DNA of 64,000 bases from contig NC_091291.1 of NCBI RefSeq assembly GCF_032444005.1, positions 133,982,001 through 134,046,000 of the forward strand. Direction: 5' to 3'. The translations under genes were made by a program, and so were the position numbers. The notes below the pieces were generated by a model, which worked only from the letters and a program-made list of their open reading frames with translations, was not told the DNA's origin and did not search any database. This DNA is from Ranitomeya imitator. Taxonomy: Eukaryota. Numbering within the stretch: position 1 is the first letter of the stretch; the number at the start of each line of letters is the position of its first letter. Positions 12,701-21,700 of this stretch are shown here, piece by piece.

Positions 12701-15700
12701 TAATCAAATTGCAATATTGCAACACTAAAAGTTGTTTCAGACTTGCTTAATTATTATATAGTAATAACATTTCCATATGTAATTAAATATTATTAAATAT
12801 TTTTTAAACGTTTTACTTTTTTCATTCAGAAGCATAAAAACCTCTTATACTAAAGAAATACCGACATGTCTAATTTGTCATTTAAGCCTATTGGCCCTTG
12901 CGCGTTAGTGTTCAGAATCCACCGGGCTTCTTTCTGCAATAGTAGTCTATTTTGATCTCCTCCCTGCGAAGGATATTTCACTATCTCTATACCAGCAAAA
13001 AGCAATAAATTAGGATTAGCGTTGTGCTTTTCTCTCATGTGTTGAATCAATCTCTGACAGCCTTTTCCTGAAGCAATTGAGTTATAGTGTTCAGTGAACC
13101 TTTTTATCAGCGGTCTTATAGTTTTCCCGATGTAGAAATACCGGCACGGGCAGAAGAGAACATACACGACAAATTTGCTCTTACAGGATATAAAATCCTG
13201 AATTTTATGTGTAATAGAGCCAATTTTAATGGGATTGTGTGTAACATGGAGATGACAAAACCTGCAGTTTCCGCATTTATGATTACCTATTGGCGCATTA
13301 TTAGTTAACCAATTTTGTTTAGTGGCTAAGATTTTATTGTGTACTAATAAATCAGATAAATTATGTGCTCGTTTGTATACGAATTTTGGAGCATGACTAA
13401 TAATAGACATCAGATCTTTATCTGTTTGTAAAACATGCCAATTTTTACGTATAGAGGCATGAATAGCTTGGTCCAAATTGGTATGTTTAAAACAAAAAGA
13501 AAAAGGAAAAGATGGGGGGAATTTTTCAGCACCAATTATTCCTTTTGATAAAGAATGTTTTACTCCACTCCTTTTACTCAGAAAATCTTTTTGGGAGAAT
13601 TCTTTAATGCGTTTTTCTGCTTCTATTAATGTTTGTTTTGGATAACCTCTATCAATGAAACGAGATTTTAATTCATCAATCTGCTCCTCAAATATTTTGT
13701 TATTACTATTAATTTTACGCAATCTAACCATTTGGCTGTATGGCAATCCTCTTTTTGTATGGGCTGGATGATCACTATCAAAATGGAGCATATTATTTGT
13801 TGCGGTTTCTTTTCTGAACACTTTAGTTACTATTTCGCTGTCCACAATCTCTATTTTTACATCCAAGTATTCTAAACTGTCTGCTCCAAAACAAGAGGTA
13901 AACATCATATTTTCTGAATTAGAAACGTTAAGGTATTTTACAAAATCATTAAATACTGTTTTATCCCCGTCCCAAATTATCATAATATCATCCACAAATC
14001 TTACATAGAAGCGGATATATTTCAGAAAAGGGTTATTGATATTATTGATATAAGTATCTTCGAAGGCAGCCAAAAATAGATTTGCATAAGTGCATGAAGT
14101 GGGCGTACCCATGGCAGTCCCCATCAATTGTTTATACCATTTATCCATGAACTTAAACGAATTATGGGACAAAATGAAATCCAGGCTTTCCATAATAAAA
14201 GAAATTATATTAGAGTCTAAATTTCTATTTTGTAAGATTTTTTGAATCGCCTGTATACCTTTTTCTTTTGGGATACGGGTATAGAGATTTACTACATCAA
14301 TAGATGTCAATGAAAAAGTAGGTTGCCAATCTATTTCCCTTAGGGCCAGCACTAGATCTCCTGAGTCTTTTATATATGAAGGAATGGATTGAAGTAATGG
14401 TTTTAACAACCAGTCAATATATTGTGATAGGGGTTCTGTAACAGAATTTATCCCTGAAATTATAGGGCGGCCTGGAGGTTCCTTCATGCACTTATGAACC
14501 TTCGGTATACTATACCAATAGGGAAATTGCGGATATTCAAGGAGGAGACTTTCAGCACGTTTCTTTGGTAATATTCCCTTTTCCACATATTTTCTTAGTA
14601 AAGATCTCAACTTAGTTTTATAATTTTGGGTGGGATTTTGTGACAACACACAATAAGTGTTTTCGTCATGTAATTGTGAGAGGGCTTCAGATATATAGTA
14701 TTGCTTATCCATTATTACTATATTGCCACCTTTGTCCGCTCTCCTGATAACGATATCATCCCACTTTTGCAATTCTTTTAAAGCAAGAAGTTCTTTATTA
14801 CTTAGATTTTTACTAGGAGCTTGATATAGAATAGCTTCTACATCTTTAATTACTAGTTCTTGAAAGAGATCGATAACGTTACCAGGAGACACGGGAGGGA
14901 CAAACCGTGACTGATTACCACCCTTAAAGGGTTTTGTCTGAGGACTGATGGTATTTTTTATATTAGTAGATGGCAATAAAGAAGGATCATTTATACTCAG
15001 CAGCAAAATAGAATCGTCCATTTCAGCAGTGTTCTGAGATGATGGCACCATAAATCCCAGAGAGCCTATATCTTCATCCGACACTAAAGAGATGTCCTGC
15101 TGTAGCTTTAAATCTGAGCTATTAACTGTTTGTTGTTTGTCTTTATGAAAAAATTTTTTTAGATGGAGTTTTCTCACATTTTTGAACAAGTCAATTTTAA
15201 AGCTTGTTAGATCGAAGTTTTCAGGGAGGCAAAAGTTCAATCCTTTAGATAGAAGAGAAATATGGTCATCACTCAGAGTTCTTTTAGACAGATTTAATAC
15301 TTGCAACTCGTCTTTTTCTTTTTCAACTATCTTTTCCATGAAACCTGTTTGCGTTTTTTCCTGATAGTTGCGCTTTCTTCTCCCTCGTCTGATTTTACTT
15401 CTAAAGGGATTGCTGGAACTTTCTTTGCAGGAGTTACCAAACTCGTTTCACCTGCCTCTTCAGCTGCACTTGATTCGGAATCGGTCACCCAACCATCTTG
15501 TTTCTTTTTCTTATAACTCTTGTTACTTTTATAACTGCGGTTCCTATTAAAAAATGTAGGTTGCTTGTTCTTGTTTTTGTTCCACGTAAACACCTGTCCC
15601 ATATCAAAGTCGTTTTTATCTCTAAGGAATTTTTCTTTCTTTAGCTGTTTAATTTCCATTTGTAGTAAAGTTAGTTTTCTTTCTAATTTGTTAGTAAAGT

Positions 15701-18700
15701 TCTTATACTGATTTTCCGTTAATCTTAGTGACAATTCGGACTTTGCTTTTTCCAATTCCTGGCATAGTTGTGCATATTCCTTTTCATTCTGAGCAGTTAC
15801 TAGGTGCAATAGGCTGCGAGAACATTGCAGATGTATTTTTTCCCATTCTTCCTGGAAGGAAGAGTCATGCTGGAATTGTGAGATTTCTTTAAAAACACGT
15901 AAGCCTCTAGGGACTCTATCACACTCTATGTATGATTTCAAAGACTTAATTGTCCAAAATAAACGCATCTCCTTTTCGGCAAGCGTGTAGATTTTAGTTT
16001 CCAAGGTTTTAGTGCTAATAATTTGAAGCTCGTCTTTTAGGTTGCAATCTGCAAAAAACTCCACCGCACCCTCACGACCTGCTAAAACACCATGTGATTC
16101 CAATCCTGCATTTTCGGCAGAGTCCATATTTTCATCCATTATATCTGATAAAGTCTTTAGTATAGAAACTTTTGTATACTTTATCTCCTTGTGCTATTGT
16201 GTACTCTGTGCTCTGTCCCAAAATGTAGAAGAATACAACCCAACACACAGAATGAGCAAAGGACGGCACTAGAGAAGCACAAATCAATATGGAAATATAC
16301 TCTTTAGAGAACATCCGAGAAATATGCAGGTGGCACGTATGTTCTGGGTATATGGTGCTCAGCACTGATAGGCAATCCAGAGTAAATACGATGAAACAAG
16401 AAAGAAAACAGTGCGGCACTCACCCTTATTATATGAAGCTATGAAATCGTGCTCTTTATTGGAGAAAAAAATCCATTAGGACATCAGGTCAGCGAGAGGG
16501 TGCGGAGGTGGAGTGTGGACGACGGCCGTTTCGCACGGTATGTGCTTCAACGGGTCCATTTCACTGATTACTAAACGTCATTTCCTTATAAAGGGTTCCC
16601 GACGTGTGAATACAATAACAACAGTGCATATTCACCTACACATGAACTAAGTGAAATTGTGCAAATAATATACATTAATAAACAGTAATCAAATTGCAAT
16701 ATTGCAACACTAAAAGTTGTTTCAGACTTGCTTAATTATTATATAGTAATAACATTTCCATATGTAATTAAATATTATTAAATATTTTTTAAACGTTTTA
16801 CTTTTTTCATTCAGAAGCATAAAAACCTCTTATACTAAAGAAATACCGACATGTCTAATTTGTCATTTAAGCCTATTGGCCCTTGCGCGTTAGTGTTCAG
16901 AATCCACCGGGCTTCTTTCTGCAATAGTAGTCTATTTTGATCTCCTCCCTGCGAAGGATATTTCACTATCTCTATACCAGCAAAAAGCAATAAATTAGGA
17001 TTAGCGTTGTGCTTTTCTCTCATGTGTTGAATCAATCTCTGACAGCCTTTTCCTGAAGCAATTGAGTTATAGTGTTCAGTGAACCTTTTTATCAGCGGTC
17101 TTATAGTTTTCCCGATGTAGAAATACCGGCACGGGCAGAAGAGAACATACACGACAAATTTGCTCTTACAGGATATAAAATCCTGAATTTTATGTGTAAT
17201 AGAGCCAATTTTAATGGGATTGTGTGTAACATGGAGATGACAAAACCTGCAGTTTCCGCATTTATGATTACCTATTGGCGCATTATTAGTTAACCAATTT
17301 TGTTTAGTGGCTAAGATTTTATTGTGTACTAATAAATCAGATAAATTATGTGCTCGTTTGTATACGAATTTTGGAGCATGACTAATAATAGACATCAGAT
17401 CTTTATCTGTTTGTAAAACATGCCAATTTTTACGTATAGAGGCATGAATAGCTTGGTCCAAATTGGTATGTTTAAAACAAAAAGAAAAAGGAAAAGATGG
17501 GGGGAATTTTTCAGCACCAATTATTCCTTTTGATAAAGAATGTTTTACTCCACTCCTTTTACTCAGAAAATCTTTTTGGGAGAATTCTTTAATGCGTTTT
17601 TCTGCTTCTATTAATGTTTGTTTTGGATAACCTCTATCAATGAAACGAGATTTTAATTCATCAATCTGCTCCTCAAATATTTTGTTATTACTATTAATTT
17701 TACGCAATCTAACCATTTGGCTGTATGGCAATCCTCTTTTTGTATGGGCTGGATGATCACTATCAAAATGGAGCATATTATTTGTTGCGGTTTCTTTTCT
17801 GAACACTTTAGTTACTATTTCGCTGTCCACAATCTCTATTTTTACATCCAAGTATTCTAAACTGTCTTTAGTATAAGAGGTTTTTATGCTTCTGAATGAA
17901 AAAAGTAAAACGTTTAAAAAATATTTAATAATATTTAATTACATATGGAAATGTTATTACTATATAATAATTAAGCAAGTCTGAAACAACTTTTAGTGTT
18001 GCAATATTGCAATTTGATTACTGTTTATTAATGTATATTATTTGCACAATTTCACTTAGTTCATGTGTAGGTGAATATGCACTGTTGTTATTGTATTCAC
18101 ACGTCGGGAACCCTTTATAAGGAAATGACGTTTAGTAATCAGTGAAATGGACCCGTTGAAGCACATACCGTGCGAAACGGCCGTCGTCCACACTCCACCT
18201 CCGCACCCTCTCGCTGACCTGATGTCCTAATGGATTTTTTTCTCCAATAAAGAGCACGATTTCATAGCTTCATATAATAAGGGTGAGTGCCGCACTGTTT
18301 TCTTTCTTGTTTCATTATATCATGGGTATAACACCGATATGGAAGCAGAATTTTAAATATATGTATATTAGAAAATTGCATTTCTCCTATTCTAGAAAGT
18401 AAATGAGAAACAAAATGCTTTTTATCGACTCTTAGTGACTGAGCACTGAAGATGTGCAATTGTGTAGTAACTATGTGTGATGTTTTCTGCCAGTAATTAG
18501 CATTGCATACAGCCCAGAGATCCTGAAGAAAGCTGATGAAGACCCAGTAGAAAAAGACCAGCTCATCCGCCTAGCAATGAAGTACATAGAGCAGCAGCTC
18601 CGTGTCCTCCTCTGCCATTCTTACCGCATCACTCCATTCAAGCTGAAAGGTGCCGCACAGCAGATGAGGAACAGCTTAGAATTAAAAGGAAAAAAGCCGA

Positions 18701-21700
18701 GAAAGACAAAAGGAAAAAACGAAGAAGGTGAATTAATGTGTTCTAATAATACATTTAGGTTAATATTTGGAGTGGAGGGGTTGCAGCTTATCTGCAGCAA
18801 AATCTGTTTTTGTAATCTTTGGTGCTGATTGTACACTAATGTCCCCAAAACATCCTCCATTTGTGGATGAGATCTCTTGACATGTCACACTTAGCCGGTG
18901 CTACATTACGCTGCAGATTTTTTGCACGTAACTTCCACTTGCTGTGATTCTGTATGAACTTTCATTATTTACTTCCAAAGGATAGAAAATCATTTCTGCT
19001 CACTGCTGGACAAGAAAATAATTGCAGTACAGATACCAGAGCCGCGTCATATGAAAAGCCGTGTACTTGTGTGATCATTACATGACCCAACCCTTATTCA
19101 TTGGATGTAGGATTTTGTTGAACAACAGTAAGCAAAGATCTTAAGAAATTAGAAAGAAAAAAAATATACTGGAAAATTGTGTACATTTTTATTATGCTAA
19201 GAATATAATTATTTCTCTATCGCCTCTCATTGGGGGACACAGGAACCATGGGTGTATGCTGCTGCCACTAGGAGGCTGACACTATGCACAAAAAAAAGTT
19301 AGCTCCTCCTCTGCGGTGTACACCCCACCAACTGGCATTATGAACCTCAGTTTAGCTTAGTGTCAGTAGGAGGTGGACACGGGTCTTTCATTAGACCCTT
19401 AACTACCTCAATGTGTGTCCTTTTCTTTCAGGTTTTCCGGAGGGATACAGGGTGAACAGTCACACCTGTAATCCCACAATACGGACTATGAGTACGGCGT
19501 GTACTGCCACCCCGTATCCTCATAGATCCGACAGCAGGACCAAGATCCTAGCACACAAGCGTGCTTAGAAGTTCGGTCCTAGCTCCGTCGCCCACCCACT
19601 CGCCCAGCAGAGACTGTCGGTTGGAGGAGACGAGGACGTCCATCACCAGCTCCCTGGACGTCTGATACCTTCCCCATTAGGTTTGAGGCTAGTAACAGAC
19701 AACGTTGGATGTTTTAGGTGAGTATTCCTACTCCTAGAATCCCTCCTCAAATCCGGGGTAGTCATGGGGGTCCCTTGGTTTTCCCTCTGTCAGGCCTGCT
19801 GCAATCCCATTATGCCCACCGCCCAGGATACCCCTGTTGCTGCTCCGCTTGAGAATCAGGCCTCCACCCCAGGTTGGGCTTCCGCTCTGTCACAATCAGT
19901 AGCGGATCTAACACGGGTGTCCCAGACCCTTGTACCCGTACTTGATAGGTTGCCATTGCAGACTCCCGCAGTAGTCAGCGGGTCGCAGGAACCTCCGTCC
20001 GAGCCTCCCATTGTAGGCCGCAAAAGATCCAGACAGGAACGCCGGTCTGAGTCCTCTTCTCGTTCCATCTCGCCACACGGTCCTTCTCTGCAGTCGGCTT
20101 CCCCCCAGTCCTCCTCACCTGAGTCAGGCAAAGCTTTCTCTGATGCGCCTTCAGAGGATAATTTGGAGCTGGATTCGAACCAAATCGCTAGCATGAGGAA
20201 TATGGTTCAGAGTCTCATTAAAGCAATTAACCAGACCTGTGGCATCAAAGATTCCTCTACGAAACCTGCAGATCAGGCGGTTTTGTTTAGACGGTCTAAA
20301 ACACCTTTCAAGGTTTTTGCTCCTCACCCTGAGTTCGATCAGCTTCTGACCAGAGAAAGGGAGAATCCGACCAGACGTTTTCAAAGAGGAAAGCGTCTTG
20401 GCGTTTTATATCCTGTTTCCTCGGATCTCATCGCCAACTGGACTTCTTCTCCCTCTGTGGACCCGCCTGTTTCTAGACTTTCCACCAACACAGTCCTCCC
20501 GCTGTCTGGTGGAGCGTCTCTGAAAGATTCCAACGATAGAATCATAGAGTCCTTTGCTAAGTCGGCCTTAAGAAGCGGCCGCCTATGCCCGGCCTTTGCT
20601 TCCACCTGGGTTTCGAAGTCTATATCCGAATGGGCCAAACAACTCCGTCTGGGCATTCTGGCCTGAGCTCCACCAGAACAGCTTGCGGAACTTGCCACCC
20701 AGATTTCTCACGCTGGGGAATACTTGGTCTCTGCTTCCCTGGACGCCGCGTCTTGTGCCGCTCAGGCGTCTAGTAATGTTGTTGCCATCCATCGTACAGT
20801 TTGGCTCAAGGCCTGGCAGGCGGATGTGTTATTGAAACAGTCCCTTACCAGTCTGCCTTTTCAGGGATCTTGTCTCTTCGGTTCCAAGCTGGACCAAATT
20901 ATTAAGGACGCTACCGGGGGCACAAGCTCCCTTCTTCCACAGTCCAAACCTCGCCAGCCTCCTCCTAGGTGGCAATTTCGGTCCTTTCGGCCTTTTCGTC
21001 ACTTCACGGTGTCAAACTCCTTGTCCCAACAGCAGCAGAGGCTGCAGGCGCGTCAAGAGAAGGACATCCTTTAGACCCGCTCCTTCCTGGCGTTCCCGCT
21101 ACTCCCAAGGTAGATCTTCCAGGTCTAGGACTGGAAGATCCACCTCGGGATTAAGGCTCACTCTACCCGGGCAGTCGGTGCCTCCTGGGCGGTGCACCAC
21201 AGGGCTTCCGCCCTACAGCTTTGCAAAGCGGCAACTTGGTCTTCCATCCACACGTTCGCCAAATTTTACAAGGTGCATACCTATGCTTTGGCGGACGTCA
21301 GCCTAGGCAGAAGGATCTTGCAGGCGGCAGTGGTGAGTCCTCTGACCTAATGGAAGTCTGTTTTTCCCACCCCAGGGACTGCTTTGGGACGTTCCATGGT
21401 TCCTGTGTCCCCCAATGAGAGGCGATAGAGAAAACAGGATTTTTGTTTGCTTACCGTAAAATCTGTTTCTCGGAGCCTCCATTGGGGGACACAGCACCCT
21501 CCCATATTATTCAGTTTCTGTGTTCTATGACTGTTTCTCACGTTTACAGTTCATGTTTGTGGTTATGTTCAACCTTATTGTTTTGTCTCCTACTGCTTTC
21601 TCACTAACTGAAGTTCATAATGCCAGTCGGTGGGGTGTACACTGCAGAGGAGGGGCTAACTTTTTTTTGTGCATAGAGTCAGAGCCTCCTAGTGGCAGCA

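Larger units (their letters stand above)
12255..18314 (-). mobile_element. Penelope-like retroelement (Neptune-type), full-length unit plus partial tandem copy (16237-17867) plus inverted 451-bp segment (17865-18315)
   Basis: 18-bp TSD TTATATCATGGGTATAAC (12237-12254, 18315-18332); direct repeat offset 3985 bp; inverted segment equals revcomp of 12406-12856. Confidence 0.93.

Noticed and set aside
13087-13308. Duplicated 73-aa antisense ORF (also 17072-17293)
   Set aside because: Short shadow ORF duplicated only because the PLE segment is duplicated
16835-17851. Independent GIY-YIG nuclease gene
   Set aside because: Exact truncated duplicate of the PLE ORF2 3' end; the start is an arbitrary codon near the inversion junction
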